Origin: Acidobacteriota bacterium | GTDB taxonomy: Bacteria > Acidobacteriota > Polarisedimenticolia > SMYD01 | Reading direction: 5' to 3' | Length of the DNA: 51,728 bases | Assembly: GCA_004356015.1 (NCBI GenBank) | Contig: SMYD01000008.1 | Location: forward strand, 1 to 51,728 | Shown here: positions 10,892 through 18,853 of the stretch, piece after piece | How the letters are laid out: every line of letters begins with the position of its first letter | Numbering within the stretch: position 1 is the stretch's first letter | Position numbers and translations under genes: made by a program | The notes under the pieces: model-generated | What the model saw: only the letters and a program-made list of their open reading frames with translations | Told to the model about the DNA's origin: nothing | The model's database searches: none

Positions 10892-11586
10892 GCCTGCTTG
10901 CCACGACCCAGGGTCTGCTTGAACGAACCTACGCCACTGTGTCGGGAGTAGGTGACCTGGGGCGGTTTGTCATCGGGGATATGGGTTATCGCCGTCTCCT
11001 GCGCGACCACGATCCCATCCAGGTGGTGAATACCGGCGTCCAGGCGCATGTCTCCCATGCCGGCACGGGCGACACTCCACGTGTCCTGGTCCGGCAGTGG
11101 CACCAGGGCGCGGCCCTGTCCATTTATTTCCCCGATGCCCTCATTGCCCGCCTCGAATCACGTCCGCCCACGGCCGTTCTTGATGATGGCAACGTGGACG
11201 ACTTCGCCGATTTCGTGGAGGAGATTGACCACTTCCTGGTGCTCTACGACGGCATCTGCCGGGGTCGTGAAATGCACCTGCTGGCCCTGGAAACCCGTGC
11301 CAACATCAGCAAGGCCCTGGTGGTCTCCCATTTCCTGGGGAGGTTGTCCGGGCGCCGCCGGCTGGGTCCCGATCAGCGTCAGTGGGTGCGCTACCACCTC
11401 TTCAGCAAGAAGCGGTTCAACGACCCCGACCCCGTGGTGCGTCGCCGCTACAGAGATGCCCGGCGCTTCGCCCTGCGCCTTCTGGAGCGTCTGGAGGGGC
11501 TGTCCGCACGCCAGCGCATCCGGGAGTTGCGGCGCTGGAACAGTCTGCCCGCGCAGGAAAAGATGCGGGAACTGGCCGCGAACTGA
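10888..11586 (+). CDS. Hypothetical protein coupled to the AAA+ ATPase (EEIDH motif)
   Basis: GTGA start/stop overlap with the ATPase; 232 aa with typical codon usage. Confidence 0.8.
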   Translation: MSLLATTQGLLERTYATVSGVGDLGRFVIGDMGYRRLLRDHDPIQVVNTGVQAHVSHAGTGDTPRVLVRQWHQGAALSIYFPDALIARLESRPPTAVLDDGNVDDFADFVEEIDHFLVLYDGICRGREMHLLALETRANISKALVVSHFLGRLSGRRRLGPDQRQWVRYHLFSKKRFNDPDPVVRRRYRDARRFALRLLERLEGLSARQRIRELRRWNSLPAQEKMRELAAN

Positions 11587-11616
11587 CGCCCGGCGAGGGT
11601 TCTCTCCCGGCTTCCC

Positions 11617-13206
11617 TCAGCGGGGGAGAGCTGCAGCGGCGCCACCGGCCGGGTGATCCGCCAGCATGGCCAGCTCGCGAGCCTGGGGAAACAGGGTCAG
11701 GGCTTTTTGCACCTGGGCGTCATACTCGTTGCGGACGCGGTTGCTCCAGACCAGCCCGTAACGGGCCGAGAGGACTTCCGAGCGCACGAACATACTGATG
11801 TTGCGCCGGTCCACCTGAAGCTCCGACTCCTCGAAGGGAATCTCTTCATCCAGGAGGAGCTGGCGGAATTCCTCGAGCACCTGGTCGGTCATCTGGAAAT
11901 CTTCGGGGACCTCGGGGTGTCGTGAAAGGTAGGCCACCGCGAAGCGGAAGAAGGCCGAGGTACGGTACATGCGGGTGATGAAGGTGGACGGCTCCTCCAG
12001 CTTGACTTCGGTATCCGGGGCGATACCCCCACCGCCATAGACGGTGCGGCCACCATCCGTGAAGCGGCGTGTGCTCTGGTCGAATGAAGGTTCGTAATTC
12101 TCGTCGGTCCGGTAGGCGACGTAATCTTCCAGGTCGTCATAATCGCGCTGGATCAGACGCCCTGAAGGGGTGTAGTACTTGGCCGTGGTGAGGGCCAGGG
12201 CGTTGCTGTGGGAGAGGGGGTACACGGATTGGACCAGTCCCTTGCCCCAGGTGGTCTCACCGACGATGAGGCCCCTGTCGTGATCCTGGATGGCGCCGGC
12301 GACGATCTCGGAGGCAGAGGCCGAACCGCGGTTCACCAGCACCACCAAGGGCAGGTCCGGGTAGGAGGCATCTTCGTTGGCGTAATAGTCCTTGTTGGAC
12401 CCCTTGATGCGTCCCCTTGTATAGACCAGTTTCTTGCCACGCTCCAGGAAGGTGCCCGAGACGCTCACGGCCTGATCCAGAAGGCCGCCGGGATTGCCTC
12501 GCAGATCCAGGATCAGCCGCTTCATTCCCTGGCGATCCAGTTTTTCCAGAGCGGCGTGCAGTTCCTTGCTGGTGGTCTGGGTGAAGTTGCGAATCTTGAT
12601 ATAGCCGGTATCCGGTTCAATCATGTAAGGACTGACCACACTGTCGGTGGGGATGGTGTCCCGGGTCACCTCGAACTCGAGTTGCTCTGTAAAACCGGGC
12701 CGGGTCACGGTGATATTGACCGAGGTGCCCTTGGGGCCACGCAGGAGATCGACGGCTTCCGATGAAGTCATGCCATCGGTCGTGGTGCCGTTGATGCGTG
12801 CGATGATGTCGCCGGCGCGAATGCCCAGCCGCGCGGCCGGAGTCCCGTCGATGGGACTGATCACGGTCAGAGGCCGGTCACGCCCCAGTTTTTGAATGAC
12901 GATTCCGAGACCGGTGAATGAGCCGCGCTGTTCTTCCCGCATGGAGCGGAACGCCTTGAGGTTGAGATAATGGGAGTGGGGGTCAAGGGTGCGCAGCATG
13001 CCGTTGATAGCCCCCTCCACCAGTTGATCCGGTTTGGTCTCTTCATAGTAATTGTCCTGGACCACCTGCAGGATGGTGGCGAATGAGCGGACAAACGTCT
13101 CATTTTCCCATGTATCGGCTTGAACCCGGCTGGACAGAGCCACACCGGCCAGCGAGCCGGCAACCAGAAGAACGGCTGCCACGGAAGGAAGAGATTTGAG
13201 CCGCAT
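11617..13206 (-). CDS. S41 carboxyl-terminal processing protease (CtpA/Prc-like)
   Basis: Signal/TM segment, LDPHS, PDZ domain, DLRGNPGGLL, SASASEIVAGA, GKGLVQ; ATG 13206 with GGAGG RBS. Confidence 0.95.
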   Translation of the reverse strand: MRLKSLPSVAAVLLVAGSLAGVALSSRVQADTWENETFVRSFATILQVVQDNYYEETKPDQLVEGAINGMLRTLDPHSHYLNLKAFRSMREEQRGSFTGLGIVIQKLGRDRPLTVISPIDGTPAARLGIRAGDIIARINGTTTDGMTSSEAVDLLRGPKGTSVNITVTRPGFTEQLEFEVTRDTIPTDSVVSPYMIEPDTGYIKIRNFTQTTSKELHAALEKLDRQGMKRLILDLRGNPGGLLDQAVSVSGTFLERGKKLVYTRGRIKGSNKDYYANEDASYPDLPLVVLVNRGSASASEIVAGAIQDHDRGLIVGETTWGKGLVQSVYPLSHSNALALTTAKYYTPSGRLIQRDYDDLEDYVAYRTDENYEPSFDQSTRRFTDGGRTVYGGGGIAPDTEVKLEEPSTFITRMYRTSAFFRFAVAYLSRHPEVPEDFQMTDQVLEEFRQLLLDEEIPFEESELQVDRRNISMFVRSEVLSARYGLVWSNRVRNEYDAQVQKALTLFPQARELAMLADHPAGGAAAALPR

Positions 13207-13397
13207 GCACCCTCCATACCGATGGACAAGAGATGAAACAATCGATTTCGTCTCAAATATACCGTGGGTCCTCACGCGAGTAAAGGTCGAATCCTCTACC
13301 ATTACAGTAATTTACATGGGCAGGGCGTTCCTTGACCTCGCTGCCGGGGCTGGCCTACCCTAACCTCAGGGTTCTCGGCATCCCCATGGAGGAAAGC

Positions 13398-13751
13398 TTG
13401 TTCGGCCCCATCGGCGGCCCGGAAATGGTCGTCATCCTCATTGTCGCCCTTCTGATCTTCGGTCCGCGCCGGTTGCCGGATCTTGCCCGCAGCCTGGGCA
13501 AGGGACTCTCCGAGTTGCGGCGGACTTCCATGGATCTGCGTCGCACTCTGGAGCGGGAGATCCACCAGGAGGAGAGGGACAGGAAGCCGCCCGTCCTGCC
13601 CTCGGCAGAGTCGGTGGCCTCCCGGCCCGACGGCAGCGTGCCCCGTGAGGACCGGGCCGCCCCCCCGGAGCAGCCCGATCCGCCCGCCTCCGCTCCCGGC
13701 GACCAGGAGGGAGCGGCAGAGGACGAAGACTCCCCGCGCGAAGACCACTAG
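13398..13751 (+). CDS. Twin-arginine translocase TatA/TatB subunit
   Basis: FGPIGGPEMVVILIVALLIFGPRRLPDLARSLGKG; TTG start after GGAGG; upstream of tatC. Confidence 0.92.
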   Translation: MFGPIGGPEMVVILIVALLIFGPRRLPDLARSLGKGLSELRRTSMDLRRTLEREIHQEERDRKPPVLPSAESVASRPDGSVPREDRAAPPEQPDPPASAPGDQEGAAEDEDSPREDH

Positions 13752-13783
13752 CCCCCAGCCCTTCAGGAGAGACTTCCCGGCTC

Positions 13784-14581
13784 ATGGCCGCCTCCCGTCC
13801 CGATCCCAACAAAATGAACTTCCTGGAGCATCTTGATGAGCTCCGGAGACGCCTGTTCATCATGGTGGTGTCTGTGGCCGTTGGCTTTGGCGGCGGCTGG
13901 CTGGTGCATAACGAGGTTCTGCGCATCCTCATGGCCCCGGTGCAGGCCAATCTTCCGGAAGGTCTGAAACCTGTCTTCACCACCCTGACCGAACCGTTCA
14001 TGCTGGCCATGAAGGTGTCGTTCTTCGTGGGCCTCATCGCGGTCCTGCCGGTCCTGGTCCTGCAAATCTGGTTGTTCATCTCGCCGGGATTGTTCCCCAA
14101 CGAGCGGCGCTACGCCGTGCCGTTCATTTTTTTCGGGTCGGGGTTTTTCTTCCTCGGCTGCTGGTTCGGATACGCGGTGGTCTTTCCCTATGCCGCTCGC
14201 TTCCTCATCGGCTTCGCCGGCGACCAGTTCGCTCCCATGCTGACCATCTCACGCATCTTCGGGTTCGAGATGCGCCTGATTCTCTCCATGGGCGCGGTCT
14301 TCCAGATGCCGGTCTTCATCTTCCTTCTGGCACGCCTCGGTCTCGTGTCCGCCGGCTTCCTCTGGCGCAACATCAAGTACGCCGTTCTCATCATCTGCAT
14401 CCTGGCGGCGATTCTCACCCCGACACCCGATGCCGTCACCATGGCGCTTGTGGCCGGTCCCATGCTGGGGCTGTACGTGCTGGGGATTCTGGTGGCACTG
14501 GTCTTTGGACGCCGCTCCAAGCCGACCGAGGATGCGGAGAACTCCGATGATGATGAGGGGGAGGAGGATGGTTCCTCATGA
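13784..14581 (+). CDS. tatC: Twin-arginine translocase TatC
   Basis: FLEHLDELRRRL, QIWLFISPGL, FQMP, AAILTPTPD. Confidence 0.97.
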   Translation: MAASRPDPNKMNFLEHLDELRRRLFIMVVSVAVGFGGGWLVHNEVLRILMAPVQANLPEGLKPVFTTLTEPFMLAMKVSFFVGLIAVLPVLVLQIWLFISPGLFPNERRYAVPFIFFGSGFFFLGCWFGYAVVFPYAARFLIGFAGDQFAPMLTISRIFGFEMRLILSMGAVFQMPVFIFLLARLGLVSAGFLWRNIKYAVLIICILAAILTPTPDAVTMALVAGPMLGLYVLGILVALVFGRRSKPTEDAENSDDDEGEEDGSS

Positions 14582-15378
14582 CCCATAGCCGGCCCGGATC
14601 CGGGCGGCAGCCGGGAGATCTCCCGGTGAGCGCCATCCTGACCACAAAAAATGAAGAAGAGAATGTCGTTCCCTGCCTGGCCACGGTGCAGTGGGCGGCG
14701 GAAGTGATCGTGGTGGACTCGGGCAGTACCGATGCCACCCTCATGCGGGCGGCGCCCCTGGCTGACAGGGTTCTGCAGCATGAATACGTTTCTGCCGCCC
14801 GCCAGAAGAACTGGATCATTCCTCAGGCCCGTTACCCGTGGGTCCTCATCATCGATGCCGATGAGCGGGTCACGCCCGAGCTCGAGGCCGATATCCGGAG
14901 GGTCATGACCGAAGGCCCTGAGCATCGCGGCTACTGGATCTACCGGCGCAACACTTTCTTCGGGCGGGAAATCCGTCATGGGGGCTGGCAGAGGGACCGG
15001 GTGATCCGGCTCTTTGCCCGGGATCACGGCCGATATCCGGATCTCAGGGTGCATGCCGAGTTGGAAGTGGACGGCAGCGTGGGCGTCCTGAAGGGCCGCT
15101 TTCTGCATCACACCATCCGGTCTCTGCTGGGCTACTGGGCGAAGATGGAGCGCTACTCCGCATGGTGGGCGGAGGGAAAAGCCGCGGCCGGGCAGAGGGC
15201 TTCCACCTGGACCGTTTTCTTTCACACCTTCAGCCGGTTCGGCAAGATGTACATCATCCGGGGCGGTTTTCTGGACGGCCGTCATGGCCTCCTGGTGGCG
15301 ATCCTGGCCAGCTTCTCGGTGTTCCAGAAGTACGCCAACCTCTGGGAACTGAGCCGCTCCAAAGTGGACCCTGAGTGA
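14578..15378 (+). CDS. GT2 glycosyltransferase (LPS core beta-1,4-glucosyltransferase/WaaE-like)
   Basis: TKNEE, VVDSGSTDAT, IDADER, GGFLDGRHG. Confidence 0.9.
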   Translation: MTHSRPGSGRQPGDLPVSAILTTKNEEENVVPCLATVQWAAEVIVVDSGSTDATLMRAAPLADRVLQHEYVSAARQKNWIIPQARYPWVLIIDADERVTPELEADIRRVMTEGPEHRGYWIYRRNTFFGREIRHGGWQRDRVIRLFARDHGRYPDLRVHAELEVDGSVGVLKGRFLHHTIRSLLGYWAKMERYSAWWAEGKAAAGQRASTWTVFFHTFSRFGKMYIIRGGFLDGRHGLLVAILASFSVFQKYANLWELSRSKVDPE

Positions 15379-15379
15379 C

Positions 15380-17386
15380 ATGTCGCCCGGTGACGCCCTG
15401 CGAGTTCTGCATCTGGATGACGGCCGCGGCTGGCGAGGTGGCCAGCAGCAGGTGTCCTTCCTGCTCCGCGAGCAGGCCCGCGCCGGCCACCTGCCAGTGC
15501 TGGTCTGCCCCCCCGGGCAACCGCTGGGGCGCTGGGCCCGGGAGTCCGGGATCGAGGTCCATGAGGGTCCGCTGGCCGGTGGGTTGAGTCCGGGTGCCAT
15601 CATCGCGGTGCGGCGAGCTGTGGCCAGGATACGGCCGCACATCGTGCACGCCCACACTTCCGGTGCCCATTCCCTGGCCCTGCTGGCAGTTCGGGGGAGG
15701 GGGCGGCCTCTGCGCGTGGTGACCCGCCGCCTGGCCCGTGTACCCGGAAGGTCGCCTGTGGCACGCTGGAAATACGGTGAGGCCGTGGATCTCTTCATCG
15801 CCGTCTCACGGGCCGTGCGCCGCGACCTGGTGGCCGGAGGGGTGCGACCTCAGAGGATCGTGGTGGCGTTCTCGGCCATCGATCCTGCACGGTTCACGGA
15901 TCCGCCATCCCGCCAGATCGCGCTGGCCGCCCTGGGGCTGCCGCCTGAAGCGCGTGTGATCGGCACTCTGGGCAGCCTGGTCCGACAGAAGAGCCAATGC
16001 GATCTGGTGTCGGCCTTCGGCCTGCTGGCGCCGGGGCACCCGCGCCTGCACCTGGTGATCCTGGGTGAGGGCCCCCTGCGCGCGGATCTGGAAGCGCAGG
16101 TGATCCGGCTGGGTCTCAGGGGCCGGGTCCACCTGCCCGGATTCCGGGACGATGCTGGTGATCTGCTGCCCCACTGGGATCTGGCCGCTCTGCCCTCGCT
16201 GTACGAGGGGATGCCCAACGCCGTGCTGGATGCCCTGGCTGCCGGCGTGCCGGTGGTGGCCACGCCGGCCGGTGGCGCGGCCGAGGTCCTCATGCCCCGG
16301 GCCGGCCGCATGGTCCCGTTCCACGCGCCGGCGCGCCTTGCAGGCGCCATGGACTGGATTCTGGAACATCCCGGGGCTGGTCGGGAGATGGCCCGGGAGG
16401 GGAGGCGGAGGGTGCTGGCGAGGCATGTTCCTGAAGTCATGGCCGCCTCGGTGGAAGAGGGATACCGGCGGGCGCTGGCCCGGCGTCTGCGGGGTGGCGG
16501 CCGCCATGGTGCAAGCGTGCAGGTCGGCCGGGTGCGCGTATGGGGGCGGGACAGCGCCGTGCGCGCCGATCTGGTGCGGCGGGCCGCCGGCCATGAGGGC
16601 CTACCGGCGGCGGGCCTGTCTCCCGGCGGCCACGGAAGCGGCGGCCGGGCGCCGGTCTTGCGCACCTCTCTGGGCGGGTGCCGTGTGGTGCTCAAGATGC
16701 ACCGCCGAGGCGGGCTGCCTGGAACGTTGAGCCGCTTTCTGCCCGGCGACGCCGCCGGTCTCTTTGCCGGCCCCGGCAAGGCGCGTCGCGCGGAGGAGGT
16801 TGCCACAGGATTCCGGGCCCGGGGCGGTGTGGCGCCCGAACCGGTGGGCTGGCTGGCGGTTCGCCGCGGCCTCATGTGCCGGGTCTATGCCGCCGCTGTG
16901 GAGCTGGTCGACGCCGGCACCCTGGACCAGGTGCTGGCGGAAAGTTCCGTGCGCCGACGAGCGCAGTTGCTGTGCGCCCTGGGGAAGGCGCTGGCGCGTT
17001 GGCACCACGCCGGCCTGGTGCATCGTGATCTCAACGCCGGGAATCTGCTGCTGGTCGCTCCGGGGGGACGCACGCCCCGGGCCGAGGACTTTGCCGTGAT
17101 CGATCTGGAGAGCGCGCGCCTTCGCCGGCGCCTGTCCCGGCGGGCGAGGGCGGCGGCCCTGGCCCGCCTGGAGCGCTCCCTCCTCAAGGTGATGGGGAAG
17201 GCGGCCCCTGGATGGCGGGAAGGGCTGCGGGTGCTGGGCGCCTACGGGATGGAGTGGGCTCTGCTGGAGGCAAGGCCGCCCCATGAAGCCGCATCTCTTG
17301 TGCGAGGACTGCTGAAGCCGCTGGCCCGCCATCGCCGCCTGCACAGGTGTCACGGCCTTCTGACCTCTAATCCGAAGAGGGGTTGA
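15380..17386 (+). CDS. GT4 glycosyltransferase fused to a Kdo/LPS kinase-like domain
   Basis: N-terminal WRGGQQQ, HAH, PSLYEGMPNAVLDA; C-terminal LKMHRRGG, HRDLNAGNLL, IDLE. Confidence 0.85.
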   Translation: MSPGDALRVLHLDDGRGWRGGQQQVSFLLREQARAGHLPVLVCPPGQPLGRWARESGIEVHEGPLAGGLSPGAIIAVRRAVARIRPHIVHAHTSGAHSLALLAVRGRGRPLRVVTRRLARVPGRSPVARWKYGEAVDLFIAVSRAVRRDLVAGGVRPQRIVVAFSAIDPARFTDPPSRQIALAALGLPPEARVIGTLGSLVRQKSQCDLVSAFGLLAPGHPRLHLVILGEGPLRADLEAQVIRLGLRGRVHLPGFRDDAGDLLPHWDLAALPSLYEGMPNAVLDALAAGVPVVATPAGGAAEVLMPRAGRMVPFHAPARLAGAMDWILEHPGAGREMAREGRRRVLARHVPEVMAASVEEGYRRALARRLRGGGRHGASVQVGRVRVWGRDSAVRADLVRRAAGHEGLPAAGLSPGGHGSGGRAPVLRTSLGGCRVVLKMHRRGGLPGTLSRFLPGDAAGLFAGPGKARRAEEVATGFRARGGVAPEPVGWLAVRRGLMCRVYAAAVELVDAGTLDQVLAESSVRRRAQLLCALGKALARWHHAGLVHRDLNAGNLLLVAPGGRTPRAEDFAVIDLESARLRRRLSRRARAAALARLERSLLKVMGKAAPGWREGLRVLGAYGMEWALLEARPPHEAASLVRGLLKPLARHRRLHRCHGLLTSNPKRG

Positions 17387-18443
17387 CCCCGGCGAGAATC
17401 TCGCGCGCGGCCGCGATCACCGCCTCCGGCTTGATGGCAGCCATGAGGGATGGATCCCGTCCTCCGGCCAGACGCTGGGCTGTGGTGACTGCGACCTGGC
17501 GGTGACCCGGTCCCCAGGGGGCGTTGACCACAGGGTCGGTGGCGCCATAGAGGGCCACCACCGGCGTGCCCACCAGCCAGGCCAGGTGCATGGGGCCCGA
17601 ATCGTTGCCGATGAAGAGGTCGGCGGTACGCAACAGCTCGGCCAGGAGGAGCAGGGAGGTCGCCGGGAGCAGGTGCACTCCACCTCCGGCGTGCCCTGCC
17701 ACCTCCCGGGCCAGTCCCTCCTCGCCGGGCCCCCAGGCGATCTGGACCGTGGCGCCACCTGCGGCCAGGCTGGCGGCCGCGGCGGCGAACATGCGGGGTG
17801 GCCATCGCTTGTAGCCCTGCCGGTTGCTGGCACCTGGAGATATCAGGATGCGAACGCGGCCAGGCTTGGCGGCCCAGAGAGATTCGGCCAGCGCGGCTGC
17901 GCCGGCCTGCCGGGGCAGCTCCGCCGCCGCCAGGGAGGGGTCGGCTGCCAGCGGCGCCAGCAGCGACAGAGCTTTTTCGACCCGCGACTGGCGGGCCGGG
18001 ACCGGTGTCACATGATGGGTGGCGGCCCCGGGGATGTATTCGCGGGCGACACCGCGGGCGAAGCCGATGCGCAGGGGGGCGCCCGAAAGGCGCATGAGGA
18101 GTGCCGACTTGTACGTTCCCTGGGCATCAAGAACCACCTGGGGTCGCCAGCGCCGGATCGTCGCCAGGGTGGTGCGCAGCCGGCTGCCCGCCCTGAGGAG
18201 GTGCCCCGATTTCAGGCTGCGGGTCAGATCCTGGCGCGGAAATTCCAGCACTTCGTCCACCAGGGGCTGGACCTCCACCACCGGTCTTTGACCCGGTTCG
18301 CAGAGCCAGCCGAGGCGGGCAGCTGGAAAACGCGCCCGCAGGGGCGGGAGCAGCGGCAGGGTCCTGATGACGTCACCCAGAGCCGAAAGGCGGATGATGA
18401 GGATGCTGGCGGGGGAGAAGCCGGAATGCGCGGGATCGGCCAC
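17367..18443 (-). CDS. GT9 LPS heptosyltransferase family protein
   Basis: ILIIRLSALGDVI, DAQG..KS, KRWP, GNDSGPMHLA. Confidence 0.93.
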   Translation of the reverse strand: MADPAHSGFSPASILIIRLSALGDVIRTLPLLPPLRARFPAARLGWLCEPGQRPVVEVQPLVDEVLEFPRQDLTRSLKSGHLLRAGSRLRTTLATIRRWRPQVVLDAQGTYKSALLMRLSGAPLRIGFARGVAREYIPGAATHHVTPVPARQSRVEKALSLLAPLAADPSLAAAELPRQAGAAALAESLWAAKPGRVRILISPGASNRQGYKRWPPRMFAAAAASLAAGGATVQIAWGPGEEGLAREVAGHAGGGVHLLPATSLLLLAELLRTADLFIGNDSGPMHLAWLVGTPVVALYGATDPVVNAPWGPGHRQVAVTTAQRLAGGRDPSLMAAIKPEAVIAAAREILAGVNPSSD

Positions 18444-18480
18444 GCCTGGATGCTACCAGAGGATCGAGCAGCGGGCGGCG

Positions 18481-18510
18481 TTGACATGTGAGGGGGGGGC
18501 AACGTAGGAT
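18481..18510 (+). promoter_or_regulatory. Candidate sigma70 promoter with a G8 tract in the spacer
   Basis: TTGACA (18481-18486), 18-nt spacer containing G8 (18492-18499), TAGGAT (18505-18510). Confidence 0.6.
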
Positions 18511-18543
18511 TGCGCCGCTTATTCTCAGGCAATGGAGGGATGT

Positions 18544-18720
18544 GTGGGCATCGATCCGAAGCTCCTGGAGATCCTGGCCTGCCCGGTCTGTAAGACGCCG
18601 GTCAAGCTCGAAGAGAACGGTGAGGCTCTTTTCTGCACTCAGTGCCGTCGCCTCTATCCGATTCGCGATGATATCCCGGTCATGCTGGTGGAAGAAGCTC
18701 GTATCAAAGAAGATAAGTAA
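18544..18720 (+). CDS. Trm112/YcaR (UPF0434) family small zinc-binding protein
   Basis: IDPKLLEILACPVCK...C..C...YPIRDDIPVML; GTG after GGAGGGA. Confidence 0.93.
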   Translation: MGIDPKLLEILACPVCKTPVKLEENGEALFCTQCRRLYPIRDDIPVMLVEEARIKEDK

Positions 18721-18853
18721 CCACCCTACCCTGCGGGGAGGGCGCAGCAGATCCGGCCTTGAATCGCGGTCCGTGGTTGTCACGACGGGATCCGGTCGGT
18801 AGAATGATGGCTTCCCGGTGACAATTCCGCTCGGCAAGGACGGAGGCTGGAGC

